A stretch of DNA of 64,000 nucleotides from Vulcanimicrobiota bacterium (GTDB lineage Bacteria > Vulcanimicrobiota > Vulcanimicrobiia > Vulcanimicrobiales > Vulcanimicrobiaceae). The notes under the pieces are model-generated. The model saw nothing but the letters and a program-made list of their open reading frames with translations. It had not been told where the DNA came from and searched no databases. The position numbers were made by a program, and so were the translations under genes. Below are positions 20,030-32,364 of the stretch, piece after piece. The first letter of the stretch is position 1. Each line of letters starts with the position of its first letter. Location of the stretch: positions 347,949 through 411,948 of the forward strand of contig CAWGBN010000002.1 of NCBI GenBank assembly GCA_963820825.1, given 5' to 3'.

Positions 20030-21061
20030 ATGCACGACCTTAGCCGCGGAAGAGTGATCGTCACGGGGGGCGCCGGCCTTATTGGCAGCGCCGTTCTTTG
20101 GGCCTTGAACCGGCGCGGGATCGACGACGTTCTCGTAATCGACCGCCTGGACGCTTCCGAAAAGTGGAAGCATCTGGTCCCGCTTCGCTTCATCGACTAT
20201 ATGGATGCCGATGAGTTCGAGCGCGCCGCCGAATCCGGGCGCACCTGCGGCGACGTACGGACCGTCATTCATCTCGGCGCCTGCTCATCGACGACCGAGA
20301 CCGACGTCGACTATCTCTTGAAGAACAACTACGAGTATACGAAGCGTATCGCGCGCTGGGCGATGGACGAGGAGGCGCGCTTCGTCTACGCGTCGTCGGC
20401 GGCGACGTACGGCGGGCTAGAAGCCGAGCTCTCCGACGAAGCCAACCTGCATTCGCTGCGGCCGCTCAATGCCTACGCCTATTCGAAGCACCTCTTCGAT
20501 CTCTACGCGGCGCGAACCGGACTCGACCAGCAGATCTGCGGACTCAAATACTTCAACGTCTTCGGTCCGAACGAGGACCATAAAGGCGAAATGCGCAGCG
20601 TCGTTCAGAAGGCCTTCGAGCAGATTCGCGAGAGCGGCTCGGTCCGGCTCTTCAAGAGCCACCGTCCGGAGTATCGTGACGGCGAACAGCAGCGCGATTT
20701 CATCTACGTCAAGGATGCGGTCGAGATGACCCTGCATCTCGCGGAGTCAGGCGCGACCGGGCTCTACAACATCGGCACGGGGACGGCGCACACCTGGCTG
20801 CAGCTCGTCCGGCCGATCTTCCACGCCCTCGAGCTTCCGGAACGAATCGAATTCGTGGAGATGCCGGTTCACCTCCGCAACAAGTACCAATATCACACCT
20901 GCGCGCGGATGGAGCGGTTCTATGCCGGCGGCTACAATCGTCCGATGACGCCGCTCGCCGACGCCGTGACCGATTACGTAACCAACTATTTGGTGCCGCA
21001 ACGGCCGCTCGAGCTCTCCGACGCTCCGGTGGCGGCCCCACTCCGACTAATGTCACCCTGA
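20030..21061 (+). CDS. hldD: ADP-L-glycero-D-manno-heptose 6-epimerase
   Basis: IVTGGAGLIGS, HLGACSSTTE, YASSAATYG, PLNAYAYSK, KYFNVFGPNEDHKGEMRS, RDFIYVKD. Confidence 0.92.
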   Translation: MHDLSRGRVIVTGGAGLIGSAVLWALNRRGIDDVLVIDRLDASEKWKHLVPLRFIDYMDADEFERAAESGRTCGDVRTVIHLGACSSTTETDVDYLLKNNYEYTKRIARWAMDEEARFVYASSAATYGGLEAELSDEANLHSLRPLNAYAYSKHLFDLYAARTGLDQQICGLKYFNVFGPNEDHKGEMRSVVQKAFEQIRESGSVRLFKSHRPEYRDGEQQRDFIYVKDAVEMTLHLAESGATGLYNIGTGTAHTWLQLVRPIFHALELPERIEFVEMPVHLRNKYQYHTCARMERFYAGGYNRPMTPLADAVTDYVTNYLVPQRPLELSDAPVAAPLRLMSP

Positions 21062-21079
21062 GCCTCTAGAAAGGATTCG

Positions 21080-21811
21080 ATGTCACAGTCCAACCGTCCC
21101 GAACGCCGCCGTCAACAACGCGGTGGCGCCGCTCCACCGCCGCGCCGCGACCCGATGCGACCGATCTACCTCGGCATCGGCGCCGCGGTTCTCGCGCTCA
21201 TCATCGCGTTCGTGCTCTTCAACTGGTGGCAGGGCCGCGTCGCGCAGCAGGCCCTGGCAACGCCGACGCCGGGTACGAATGCCAGCGCGAAACCGATCCA
21301 AATCAGCAACGGCGAGAATCTCGGGACGAAGTTCGACAAGGCGAAGTATCCCGATACGATGCATGGAGGCCGCGGTCAAGTCGTCGACGGCATCGGATGC
21401 GGAACGCAAGAGTACGCAACCCTGCACGTACACACCCATCTCGCGCTCTTCTATAACGGTAAGCAGATGCAGGTTCCGTCGTATATCGGTTTCGCGCCGA
21501 GTCTTGCAGGCGGATGCCTCTACTGGATCCACACGCACGACGGGAGCGGAATCATTCATGTCGAGGCCCCGGACATCAATCCACCGCAGGGCGGCCCCTA
21601 CACGCTCGGCATGTTCTTCGACATTTGGGGAGTCCCGCTGACGACGAACAACGTTGCCGGGCTCAAGGGCCCCGTGACCGTCTACGTCAACGGCACGCCG
21701 TATCAAGGCGATCTGCACGCGATTCCGCTCGGCGCGCATCAACAGATCGTTATCGAGGTCGGTGCGCCGCTGGTTCCGGCGCCGAACTACGCCTTCCCGC
21801 CGGGCGTCTAA
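21080..21811 (+). CDS. Membrane-anchored hypothetical protein with HxH motifs
   Basis: One TM helix; HVHTH, CLYWIHTHDGSGIIHVE, TLGMFFDIWG. Confidence 0.75.
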   Translation: MSQSNRPERRRQQRGGAAPPPRRDPMRPIYLGIGAAVLALIIAFVLFNWWQGRVAQQALATPTPGTNASAKPIQISNGENLGTKFDKAKYPDTMHGGRGQVVDGIGCGTQEYATLHVHTHLALFYNGKQMQVPSYIGFAPSLAGGCLYWIHTHDGSGIIHVEAPDINPPQGGPYTLGMFFDIWGVPLTTNNVAGLKGPVTVYVNGTPYQGDLHAIPLGAHQQIVIEVGAPLVPAPNYAFPPGV

Positions 21812-21817
21812 CGTACG

Positions 21818-22390
21818 TTAGCGCAGAACCTTATCGAGTGCGGCGGCGAGTTCCTGATACGAGAGCTCGCCGCTGTTCAGATAGGCGACCTTCTTGTCGC
21901 GCCCGACGATCGCAATCGTCGGGAAACCTCCCTGGAGATAGAGGTTGGCGACGTTGAGCAGCGGATCGTACGCAACCGGATACTCTGCGTGAAATCGCCG
22001 CTGCCAATCGAGCACGTCGAGTTGCGACGACGCCGAGGTTCCGTCCATTGCCGTCTGGCTCCCGGATACCGCGACGAACCTCACGCGGTTACGGTACGCC
22101 TGGTAGAGGCGATCGATGACGGTGGTCTCGCGCTGGCAGTGCGGACACCACGTCGCGAAGACCTCGAGAAATACGGGCTCGTTCGTCTTGCTCAAATCGA
22201 AGAGTCCGCCGGTCGTCGAGACGACGAAGTTCGGCGCCGGTTGGCCCACCTGTGCCTTGCCCACGATTGGCGATTGCGACGCGTTCTCGACGCTTCGGTG
22301 CCCGGGGCCGAAGAGATAGTAGAGCACCGCGGCGACGAGAATCAGCACGAGTGCGGCGAGGGTCGTGACGGCGAGTTGACGACGGGTCAT
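21818..22390 (-). CDS. TlpA-like thiol-disulfide oxidoreductase
   Basis: N-terminal TM, FATWCPHCQRE, GGFPT. ATG at 22390 overlaps the upstream stop. Confidence 0.85.
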   Translation of the reverse strand: MTRRQLAVTTLAALVLILVAAVLYYLFGPGHRSVENASQSPIVGKAQVGQPAPNFVVSTTGGLFDLSKTNEPVFLEVFATWCPHCQRETTVIDRLYQAYRNRVRFVAVSGSQTAMDGTSASSQLDVLDWQRRFHAEYPVAYDPLLNVANLYLQGGFPTIAIVGRDKKVAYLNSGELSYQELAAALDKVLR

Positions 22391-22824
22391 GCGTTGCGAA
22401 GCTTTCGATCGACGGCAAGCGCGCCCGGCGCCGCCCACGCGACAAAGATGGACGCACATGCGAGTGCAAGGTCGAACCCGACGTGCGGCCAATCCGCGAC
22501 CGCCGCGTCATTCGGTCCGAAACATCCGCAGTTTGCGGCAATGTGGCGGAGCACCGCCGACGCTACGGCGCCGGCATAACCGAGGAACTGCAGCGCGGCG
22601 ATCGCCGCGGCGACGCGCGTGAAGAGCCCGGCGATCAGGTACGCGCCAAGCGCGGTTTCCAGGAAGGGGAGCGCCAAGGCGAGCGGCCCGACGATCTGCG
22701 GCGGAAGCAGCCGAAAGCCGGCGATGTTGGCCGCAAGCTCGGCCGGATGGCCAACCTTAAGCGCGCCTGCAACGACAAGCAGACCGCCCAAAAGAACGCG
22801 GATGATTAAGACCGCAGCCTCCAT
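22387..22824 (-). CDS. MauE/DoxX family membrane protein
   Basis: RVLLGGLLVVAGALK, LPFLE, NCGCFG. Confidence 0.85.
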   Translation of the reverse strand: MEAAVLIIRVLLGGLLVVAGALKVGHPAELAANIAGFRLLPPQIVGPLALALPFLETALGAYLIAGLFTRVAAAIAALQFLGYAGAVASAVLRHIAANCGCFGPNDAAVADWPHVGFDLALACASIFVAWAAPGALAVDRKLRNA

Positions 22825-22900
22825 TGCGGAGCAGTCCTTTGCGCCCCGGCTCCCTCAACCCCTGGTAGAATAATCGCATGCGCCGAATCTTGGCGTCCCC

Positions 22901-23857
22901 ATGATCGCGCTGCTCGCGTCCGCGCTCTTAGCGCTCGTCCCCGTCCACGGGCTTCTCATCGAGAACCTCGCGGATCGTACGGCGATCGTCCGCACCGATG
23001 CGGTGGTCGGGATGTTTGCGGCGCGCACGCGCCGCTACCGATTCGTACCGCCGGTAACGCTGCGTGCCGGTACGACGCTCGACGCGATGCTCGATCCGGC
23101 GGCGAATCCCCCGGAGCTGCGCGATGCCGTCGCGGCCGGTGCCTTCGCGCCGGGATTGCCCGACGCCGGGCGCGTCGTTCCCGTTGCGCTTGGCTCGAAG
23201 CTTCCCAGGGCGATGCTGGTCGATCAGCAGCAACGCCCGGTCGAGCTCGACCGCGCCTTCAGCGGCAAGACGCTCTTGCTCTCGTTCGTCTTCACCCGCT
23301 GTCCCGATCGCACGCTCTGCCCCGCAATCAGCGGAAAGTTCGCCTATCTGCAGCAGCGTTTGGATCCCAGGCGCTTCGCGCTCGCCGAGATCACGCTCGA
23401 TCCGCAGTACGACTCACCCGCCGTCTTGCGCGCGTACGGTGCCGCCTACGGCGCGCGTCCCGAGTGCTGGCGCCTGCTCACGAGCACGGGCTCGACGATC
23501 GTCCGCCTGCTCGATGCATTCGGGGTCAGTTCGATGCGCGTGAGCGAGAGCAACTTTCTTCACAGCGACCGGCTCTTTATCGTCGCACCCACCGGACGGA
23601 TCGCCGACATCGTCGAGACCGGCGAGTGGGATCCGGGCGGCGTGCTCGCGCAGGCGCGAGCGGTCTCCGGTCTTGCGAACAACCCCTTCGAGCGCTTCAA
23701 GCTTGCGCTCATCGCCAATGCGATCGCGCTCTGCGGCGGGAGTCAGTTCGCCGGGATCGCGCTGCTCGAGCTCTCGCTCTTCACACTGATCGTGCTGGCA
23801 TCGGCGGCCGCGTTATGGACCGTCGCCCGCATCATCTGGCCGCGCGGGGCAGGATGA
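22901..23857 (+). CDS. SCO family copper chaperone with N- and C-terminal extensions
   Basis: FVFTRCPDRTLCP, ITLDPQYDSPAVLRAY, FLHS, C-terminal TM. Confidence 0.85.
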   Translation: MIALLASALLALVPVHGLLIENLADRTAIVRTDAVVGMFAARTRRYRFVPPVTLRAGTTLDAMLDPAANPPELRDAVAAGAFAPGLPDAGRVVPVALGSKLPRAMLVDQQQRPVELDRAFSGKTLLLSFVFTRCPDRTLCPAISGKFAYLQQRLDPRRFALAEITLDPQYDSPAVLRAYGAAYGARPECWRLLTSTGSTIVRLLDAFGVSSMRVSESNFLHSDRLFIVAPTGRIADIVETGEWDPGGVLAQARAVSGLANNPFERFKLALIANAIALCGGSQFAGIALLELSLFTLIVLASAAALWTVARIIWPRGAG

Positions 23858-23893
23858 CCTGGACCCCGGAGCAAGGAAGCCTGGGCGCAGCGC

Positions 23894-24392
23894 ATGGACC
23901 AGCAAGCTTTCCTAGAGCATGCAATCGAGCAGTATGGCAAAGCGACCTATAATTTTGCCTATCGCTTGACCGGCAATGCCGCCGACGCGAGCGATCTGAC
24001 GCAGGAAGCGTTCATTCGCGTCTATCGGGCCTGGCAAAGCTTCAAACCCGGAACGTCCTTCCTCTCCTGGATCTATCGAATCGTTACGAATCTCCACCGG
24101 GACGAACTTCGGCGCCGTAAGGGACGTTATCAAGAAGAAATCCCGGAGATCGCCGTTGCGCCCATCGAGGAGTACGTCGAAGGTCATCTCAGCGAACCCG
24201 TTTCCAAGGCCCTTGCCGAGCTCACGCCCGAACAGCGCCGAGATCGTCTTGCTCGCCGATATCGAGGAGTACAGTTATCAGGAGATTGCTCGGATCGTCG
24301 GATGCTCGGTGGGGACCGTCCGGTCGCGGCTCCATCGCGCCCGCGGGCAGCTCCGAAAACTCGTCAACCGCTATATGAAGTCATCGCCATGA
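23894..24392 (+). CDS. ECF RNA polymerase sigma factor (frameshift near 24240)
   Basis: DASDLTQEAFIR and SWIYRIVTN, then in another frame SYQEIARIVGCSVGTVRSRLHRAR. Confidence 0.9.
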
Positions 24393-24864
24393 ACGAAACG
24401 CATCCAAGCACCGATCGCATCGTCGATTACCTGCACGGCGAGCTTTCCGCAGCCGAAGATGCGGCGCTACACGCGCATCTCGCGAGCTGCCGCTCGTGCG
24501 AAGACGTGCGCGCCGACGAAGTCGCGATCACCGAGGCGCTCCGCGCGCACGCCCGCGCCGCGGAGCTCGAGTTTCCACCGGGGCTGGCCACGGGAATTCG
24601 CGTCACAGCCGAACGGCCGAGACCGCATTCGCTCTGGGAGGCGCTGCGCGCCGGCCTGCGTCCGCGCCCCGCACTGATCCTTCCCGCGGTCGCCGTGATC
24701 GCGATCGTCCTCTATTTCGGCTTCGCCGGCCGGCAAGGCGCGCCGGTGCCGATCGCGATCGATCCCTCATTTTACGTGCGAATCACGCGGTGATGGCTGC
24801 GAAAGCACCCTTCGCCCAAAACGACGCGCCGGTCGTATTGACGTCGAGCGATGAAACGCCTTAG
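24389..24864 (+). CDS. Zinc-binding (ZAS-type) anti-sigma factor (frameshift near 24780)
   Basis: DYLHGELS, HLASCRSC (HxxxCxxC), one TM helix. ATG overlaps the sigma stop. Confidence 0.82.
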
Positions 24865-25877
24865 CGCCGCCGCGCTCGCGCTCGCTGCGACGAGCTTCGC
24901 CTTCGCGGCCGCGAGGCCGGCGACCGATCCCATGGATGCGCTGCTGCGTGCGGCGATGAACGCTTCGCCCAACGTTTCGTACACCGGAATCGTCGAGGTC
25001 TTGCGCTTCGGAAGCCACGACGCAGAGGCAATCGGTCTATCGGGTCGAACATCGCGCCCCGGATTTCACGCGGCGCTACTACAACGCGCCCGGCGAACTC
25101 AACGGAGACTCGGTCCTTTCCAAGGGCCAGCTCGTCTTCGCGATCGATCCCAAGCGCAAGCGCATCGTGGAGCGCGAGGGCGAAGGGAGTGCGGATACGG
25201 CGACGCTCGGCGCCGACTACGCGCTGCTGCGCCGGAACTACCGGGTGCTCAACACCGGTAACGAGACGTTCGACGGGCGCCGCACGATCGACGTGACCCT
25301 AATCAACGATTATACCGGCAAGCGGACGATGCTGATGCGAATCGATGCGATCAGCAGAGTCGTGCTCGACCGGCAACTCTTCGCGGCAGACGGCGCGCTC
25401 GTGAGCGAAGTCCGCTTCGAAACGATTCGCTACGTTACGGAGCTTCCGCCGGGCGATTTCGAGCTTCCGTCGGGATACGAGCTGGTACGCGGCGCCACGT
25501 TTGGGGAACCCTCCGGGCAGCCCGATCGCGTCGTAAAGAGCGCCGGCTTTGCCGCGCGCGAACCGCGCGCGCTCCCCGAGGGATTCGCTCCGGTCGACGC
25601 TACGGTGGTCGAGTTTCGCGGAGTCCGCTCGCTGCATCTGCTCTACTCCGACGGCCTGCGCACCGTGTCGCTCTTCGAAAACGCGCAGGCCTCGACGCTC
25701 GATGTCGCGCAGCTCCGGCCGGAGACGCTGACGGTCGGCGGAACGAGCGCGCTCTACGCCGAGGATGGCGCGACGGCGCTGCTGGCGTGGAGCGATCGCA
25801 CGCTGCACTACACGCTCGTGGGCGACGTCGGACTCGTCGATCTGCGTCGTCTCGCCCAATCAATGGAGAAGCCCTGA
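24851..25877 (+). CDS. MucB/RseB-like periplasmic regulator (frameshifted)
   Basis: Signal peptide, VSYTG, LLRRNY, LPEGF, HLLYSDGLRTVSLFE. Third gene of the sigma operon. Confidence 0.8.
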
Positions 25878-25896
25878 TCGAATCGATCAGGGCTTC
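25868..25896. terminator. Hairpin between convergent genes
   Basis: GAAGCCCTGATCG-AAT-CGATCAGGGCTTC, a perfect 13-bp stem. Confidence 0.7.
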
Positions 25897-25914
25897 GTCC
25901 AATCGGAGTCTTCG

Positions 25915-28900
25915 CTAGAGCCGGACGTTCGCCGTTAGGTAGAACTGAAACGGCAGTTTGTGAGGAACCGTTGAGCGCTGAAATGATCGCCGGCCCCAAC
26001 TGCGGCTCGTACGGGTACTTCCGGAACGGTTGGATCTGCGAACCGGGATAGCCGGGCGGATTCACGATGGCGCCCGGCGTTCCGTAAGGAGCGACCGGAA
26101 AGACCGTTCCGCTCGACGTTACCGTACGAGCAGATATTGCCGTCGTTGAACGTCCACGGCAATTGCGTTCCGCCCCAGCAGTAGTTGACGATGTTGGTGA
26201 GCTGACCGACGAGTTGGATTCGCGGGCTCACGTCGTATGACAACTGCAGGTTGGCGATCAGCTCGTTGGGCTGCGTGAAGTCACCAATCGGGTCGAAGCC
26301 CCCGGTGAACGGATCGGGAATGTTTACTACGTTCGCACAATCCGTCGCGTTATAGCGATCGCCGAAGAGCGGTTTGCCGCAGCCGCTCGCCGGGTCGATG
26401 CCGGCTTCGGTGATCGGAATGCCGTACTTGCCGCCGCCTTGGAACTGCAACGAAGGCGTGATTGCGAACTTCTGATGACGGTAGTTCAGCATCAGCGTGC
26501 CGACGTACGGCGACCCAAAGCCCTGCGCGGCTAAGCCGAGCGAGCCCGGGAAGGTGTCGTAGGTCGGGAAGTTCTGCGCTGTATCGATCAGTGCTTGCGG
26601 CGGAGCGTTCCAATAGGGATTTGCGATGTCGTTGCGCGGACACCCGCCGCCCGGAAGTGCGCCGACCGGATTACCCGATGCGGTGTAGCACGCGTTGGCC
26701 GCCAAACCGTTCGTGGTGCTGCCGCCGCACATGCTGTTCGGAGCTCCCGGATGATTCGCACAGTATTTCGTGTAGGCATTATACTGCGCGATCGAGGCGT
26801 TGATCGGCGCGAGCACTGTCGAGCCCGAGGCACCGGCCGCGATCGGACCGTAGTGAATGTACGAGTTGGTGTAGGCAAACGACATCAAGCCCGACAAGCC
26901 GTCGCGCGAGAAGTCGCCCTTTTGCAGCTGGAACTCGACGCCTTCGCTGCGCTGGCTGCCGACGTTCAAGCCCGATACGAATCCGGTTTGCGCATTGAGG
27001 AAGAACTGCTGGATTTGATTCTGAGTCTGCCGCAAGAATGGCGTAAGCTTGAACGTGAAGTCCGTGTTTTTGAAGCGGTGCTCCCAAGAGAGATCGTAAT
27101 TGATCGAGGTCGGCGGTTGAATCGGATACCCGGGCGTGTTACGCCCGAACGCGAGGAAGTGCGAGCCGATATAGTCGGCGAGATCTTCCTGACGCGTATT
27201 GTACTGCTCGTAGGCGGTATTCGGCGCTTCCGTGTAACGCCCGTAGGAGAAGCGGAAGACGTCGTTCGGATTCGAGGTATAGGTGCCTGCGATACGCGGT
27301 TGATAAATGTTGTAGGTATAGGTCTGTGACGGCACGTTCTGCACGTTCGCGGCGTGCTGTCCTGCCGGGCAGGGCGCGCCGGGATTCGGGTTTGCTTGCG
27401 GGGCCCCGGTCTGATTGATGATGCAATTGTCGAGATTGTAGGCGTTGAACCAGAACTGGCGCACCGCGGCCGAGCCGCCGAGCGGTGGAACGAGCGTGTT
27501 TTGGCCGACGAAATTGAAGCTGTCTAGCCGAACGCCGACGTTGAGCAGCCACTTGTCGGTCGGACGGTATTGGTCGGTGATAGAGGCGCCCGCAAAGTTC
27601 GGTATCGTTCCGCTATAGGTTCCGTTGAGACCGTTCTCCGAGATCATGTATTTGCAGGCGCTGCCCGCTTGCGGCTTGCCCGGAATCGAACAAGATGAAC
27701 CTAGCCCTCCGACCGAGTAGTTGGGAGACAATGGGATCGTGTTCCGGTGACAGTTCACCACCGACGTTCCACTGGAGGTCGGGTTGAAGCAGTAGCCGCT
27801 GTACGGGTCGGTCGCGTTCACGATGTTGGCGAAGCTGCCCTCGCCGCCGAGGTTATAGAAGCCGTTGTTGTCTCGGACGATGCGCGCCGTCGTGTACGAT
27901 CCGGCGACGCTGAGCAGATTTTGCTGGTTGATCTGATCCTGGAACTCGGGCTGAGGCCCCGCGTGTGCGTGTTGAGCTCGTAGTCGGGTGCGAGCGGACA
28001 GAAAAAGTAGCAGAATCCGGTGTTGTACGGCCCGTTGAGGAACCAGTCGCTATAGAACGTGAAGCCGTAGAGGCGAAGGAACGCAGCTGACCCGAAGTTC
28101 TTCGTATACTGAATCTTCGTGATCGCGGTGTCGTTATAGGAATTGTCCCGCGCATCGGGCGGCACGACGTTCGGATTGGCCGGCGAGCCCACGTCGGTGC
28201 CGTTGGGGAAGCTGTAGGGCTTCACGCAGCCCGCAAGAGCGTTGAGTCCCGCTTTATTGAACGTGCCTGCCGACGTCCGAGCTGCAACCCCACGTATAGG
28301 TGTTCGTCCACGTTACCGGGATCGAAGTTCCATATGGAATTCCGCCGCCGGTCAGCGTGGAGAGCGTTTCGCCGTTTATAGCGTACATACACGCCGCACC
28401 TGAAACGGCGTTTGGCCCGGTGCAGAACGGCGATGCGATATCGTTGGCCGCGTAGAACTGATTCTTGAGCGCTTCGTCGTCCCAGAGCATCTGCACGTCG
28501 TCGCGTCCGGCATCGTTGCGGTGCGGGATTCCGATGTGGAGGTTCACGACGGTGTCTCGCCCGTAGATCGTGTTGGTACCCAGTGACGACTGACCGTTGG
28601 GATAGTTGCCCGCCGGGCCGAGCGGATAGTACGTGTTCCCGGAGTTGCCGTAATAAGAGCGACCAGCCGGGAGCGAAGGGCTGGCTGTACGGATTCTTAC
28701 CGTAGCCGTAGCCCAAAGGGCTGCCGACGATGCCGAGTACCGGCCCGAGCCAGTTGTCGTACTCGGAGCCGTTGTTGTTGTTGACGTAGTTGAACGCCTG
28801 ATTGCAACCGGCGACGCCGACGTAGTACGAGAAGAGCCGGTCGGGCGTCGCGCCGCCGATTTCGATGGCGGCGCGATGGTAGAAGGCGGGCGTCCAATGC

Positions 28901-29691
28901 CGAGCGAGCCGCTGCCGTAGCCGGGGTAGGTTCCGGTCTTGATGACTTGATTGATGAAGCCCGAGAGGCCTTGGCCCTCGGAGTTGGCCGGGATTCGCGC
29001 CGGTGTAGACCTGGACTTCGGCGTTGCCGAGCGACGATGCCGAGCTCGACGCGTAGTTGTCGAACGACCGGTTGACGGGGACGCCGTCGAACTCGTAGCC
29101 GACTTGGTCGTAATCGCCGCCGCGAATGTTGACCGTCGCGTAGTACCCGTTTGGTTGGGGATGACGTACGCACCCGGAACCGTCGAGATCGCCGAGTAGG
29201 CCTGAGTTGATGAGGCCGCCGCCGCCCAAGCGCCGCCGTTGCGGCCTGCGTGGTGGCGTTGATCGAGTAGACGTCGGCCGTCGTACCGGACTTGACCAGC
29301 GACGCCGGCCGCCGTCGGCGGTGACGTGCGCGATGGTTCGCAGCGCCTTGAGCATCCGAACCGAAACCGTTTGCACCGTGTCGGCAAAGACGATCTGACC
29401 CGGAACGCTGACGACTTGGTAACCGCTCTTGGCTGCGGTTACCGTATACGTATCCGGAGCAAGCGTCGAGAAACGTAAAATGCCCGCGCCGCGTCGGTCG
29501 TGGTCGGTCGCGGATTGCGACGGACTTGTGGCGGTGACTTGCGCTCCCGCGATGGGAGCCGAGGTTTCGGCATCGAGAACGGTACCGGTGAGACCGCCCG
29601 TCGTGCCTGCCAGTGCCCATGTTCCCTGGCAAACGAATGCGACGAGCAGCACCAGCGCGGTAACGAGATGCCGGAGTGATCTCCGGATCAT
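25915..29691 (-). CDS. Large TonB-dependent receptor (multiple frameshifts in this sequence)
   Basis: Signal peptide, carboxypeptidase-regulatory-like domain, plug (IRGGDYDQVGYEFDGVPVN), VGVRLD, YGRY. Reconstructed end PFQFYLTANVRL* at 25915. Confidence 0.85.
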
Positions 29692-29773
29692 TCGTACCTC
29701 CTCGAGTTTTCAAAATTGCGAGAGGCGAGAGGGCCAATGCGGCGCTAAACCCGGCTGCTTCGTCAGCTCACTT

Positions 29774-30810
29774 CTAGGGCCCGCTGGAGCGCGCTTGATA
29801 TCGCTGAGGCTCGTCGAACGAGCTCGCGCGCGCTCGCAGGAATTGCGTCTGCAACGGCCGCGCTGGGCGCGGCGCGACGGCTCGTCGCTGGCAATCGCGG
29901 CAATCGCCGCGATCGAGCCGGTTAGCGCGTCGAGGCCGTAACCGCCCTCGAGCACGTAGGCGACCGGCCACCGCAGAACGCATCGGCAGTCGCGGCGGAT
30001 CGCCGCGGCGAGCGGACCGGCGGCCTCGCACGCCGACGCCGAGGTCGCCGACCGACGTCGCCCGCGACGTAGTCGAAGCCCGCGCTGACGACGAGCAGCG
30101 TCGGGACGCACGGCTGCCGCCACGAGCGGCAGCAGCTCCTCCCAGACCGCGACGAAGCGCCTCGGTCGAGACGCCACGCGGCCGGAAGCGGAACGTTCAC
30201 GACGAGATCGTCGCCGCGGCGGATAGCTGCGCGTGCCCGTGCCCGGATAGGCCGGATAGGCGTGCGTCGAGACGTAGGAGAGCCCGTCGCCGGCGACCGC
30301 TTCGGTACCGTTGCCGTGGTGGTAGTCGAAGTCGACGACCAGGACGCGCCCGCCGTCCGCTGCCTGAAAGGCGCGCGCGGCGATGGCGACGTTGTTGAAG
30401 AGGCAGAAGCCCATGCCGCGATCCGGTTCGGCGTGATGGCCGGGCGGACGCACGAGCGCAAAGACCGCCTCGCGGCCGGCGACGCGCAGCCTCGACGGCG
30501 ACGATCGCGCCGCCCGGCCGCGCGCCGAGCGGCGCGCATACGAGCCGCGTCGACGACCGTGTCGCCGGTCGAGAGATAGCGCGCCGCCTCGCAGGCCGGC
30601 GGTCTCGCGCTTGACGAGCTCGAGGTACGCGGCGAGTGTGCACGCGCTCGATCTTCAGCGTCGCTCGCGTCGCGCGCAGCGAAGACGTCTGCCGAAGTAC
30701 GCCTTGCGGCGCGCAAACGCTCGGCGACCACTTCGACGCGCTCGGGGCGTTCGGGATGCGCGACGCCGCGCAGGTGCTGCGCCGTAGAGCGGATCGGTGA
30801 CGAACTTCAG
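29774..30810 (-). CDS. Histone deacetylase family protein (frameshifted)
   Basis: [46 protein letters not shown] across frames. Ends approximate. Confidence 0.88.
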
Positions 30811-32350
30811 CGCCAGTGCTTCGCTCCGGAGTGGCACGGTTCCGATGCCGCCTTGCTGCACGTCGTCGTAATCCTTCGTGCCCTTCTTCATCATCGGCAG
30901 CAGCCGCTTGTAGGTCGCCACGGCTTTCGTGCACTGATTCGATCCGGCATACGATTTCGCGGCGATGTAGAGCAGCGTCGGGATTGCCGTCGAGGAATCC
31001 CTTCGCCGCCTTGTCGAGCGCGTCGAAGATCTGCGCCGCTTCCTTATAGTTTTTCAGCTCGAAGTCGGCGCCCGCGACGCAGCTCAGCGTAACGGGCGAG
31101 CGCTGGATCTCGAAGCTCTTCCCGCAGGCGTCGCGCGCGCCCGAATAGTCGTGCACCCGCGAATAGGCCTGGCCGAGGAGCGCGAAACCCTGCGCGTCGG
31201 GCGAGACCTGCGTGTAGTGCTTGCAGATAGGTGATGCTGTCGTTGAGGCTTGCCCGATCTGCATCGAGACCTCACCGATGCCCAAGCAGTGCGCCCGGAG
31301 TTATTCGGATCGAGGGCCAGCGCGGCTTGCCACTGCGCGGTCGCCTTGTCCCACTGGCGCTGGCGCGCGTAGTAGTTGCCGTAGCGCGACGAAGCCCGCC
31401 GGGACTTTCGGAAACTGCGTGGTGGCCTGCTGCAGAATCGGCTACGCCCTGCGCGTCCTTCTTCTCGCTGACGAAGTAGCTCGCTTTACGAACCATGATC
31501 GCGACCTTCTCATCGTCGGTCGGCGCTGCGACGATCGCGTCGTCGTACGCGGCGATCGCCCGGACGTCGTCGTGCTGACGCGCGTAGAGATCGGCCTTGA
31601 AGACGAGCGCCTGAACGTTGCGCGGATCGATCGCGAGCGCGCGGCCGATCGTCTGCAGCGGCCATCGGGATGTTATTCTGCTGCGCGTACGTCGTCGCGA
31701 TCTGAAAGATCGGTGCCGTATCTTTGGGATTGAGCGCGTAGGCCGCTTCGAACTGGGCGCGCGCGTCGTCGAAGTGCTGCTCGGCGGCGTAGACGCTGCC
31801 GAGCGTCATCAGCGCGCCGGGGTCGGTCTTGTTGAACGTCACGGCGCGTTTGGCGATGCGCTCGGCGTCGTTGAACCGGTTCGTCTTGAGATAGATGTCG
31901 GACAGCTGCGCGAGCACGCCCAGGTTGGTCGGATCGAGATTCGAGGCTTGCTCGAGATCGTAGGTCGCCGGCAGCGAGTTGACCCAACTGCTCGTGAGCG
32001 AAGCCGTCGTAGTAGTAGACCTGCGCGGTCTTGTCGCCCATCTGCAACAGGTGCTGCGTGTACTGCAGCGTCGATGTCCGGCCGATTGACCTGCAAGATA
32101 TTGCGGCGGCGAGCTGCGCGAGCGTCGACTCTGATCGTTCGGATTCGCCTTCAACTTTGCGTCCAGTCGTGGAATCGCGACGCTGGGCGGCTCCGGACTC
32201 GCCGTCGGCAAGTGCCGACGGCGACGGTGAGGGGGACGGCGACGCGGCCTTCTTCCCGCCGAAGAGTCCGGCTTGCGCGCGTCGGCGTCGTGGCGGCAAC
32301 GCCGACGAACCAGCGAGCACGATGAGAGCGAAGAGACCGAATCGTTTCAA
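30807..32350 (-). CDS. Secreted tetratricopeptide-repeat protein (frameshifted)
   Basis: Signal peptide [14 protein letters not shown] and repeated TPR helices ([22 protein letters not shown]) in several frames. Confidence 0.78.
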
Positions 32351-32364
32351 GAGACCGATGTCCT

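Noticed and set aside
29692..29773. Search for an RPPP leader before the third TonB-dependent receptor
   Set aside because: The gap to the upstream deacetylase is only about 80 nt and I found no RxPP-ending ORF.
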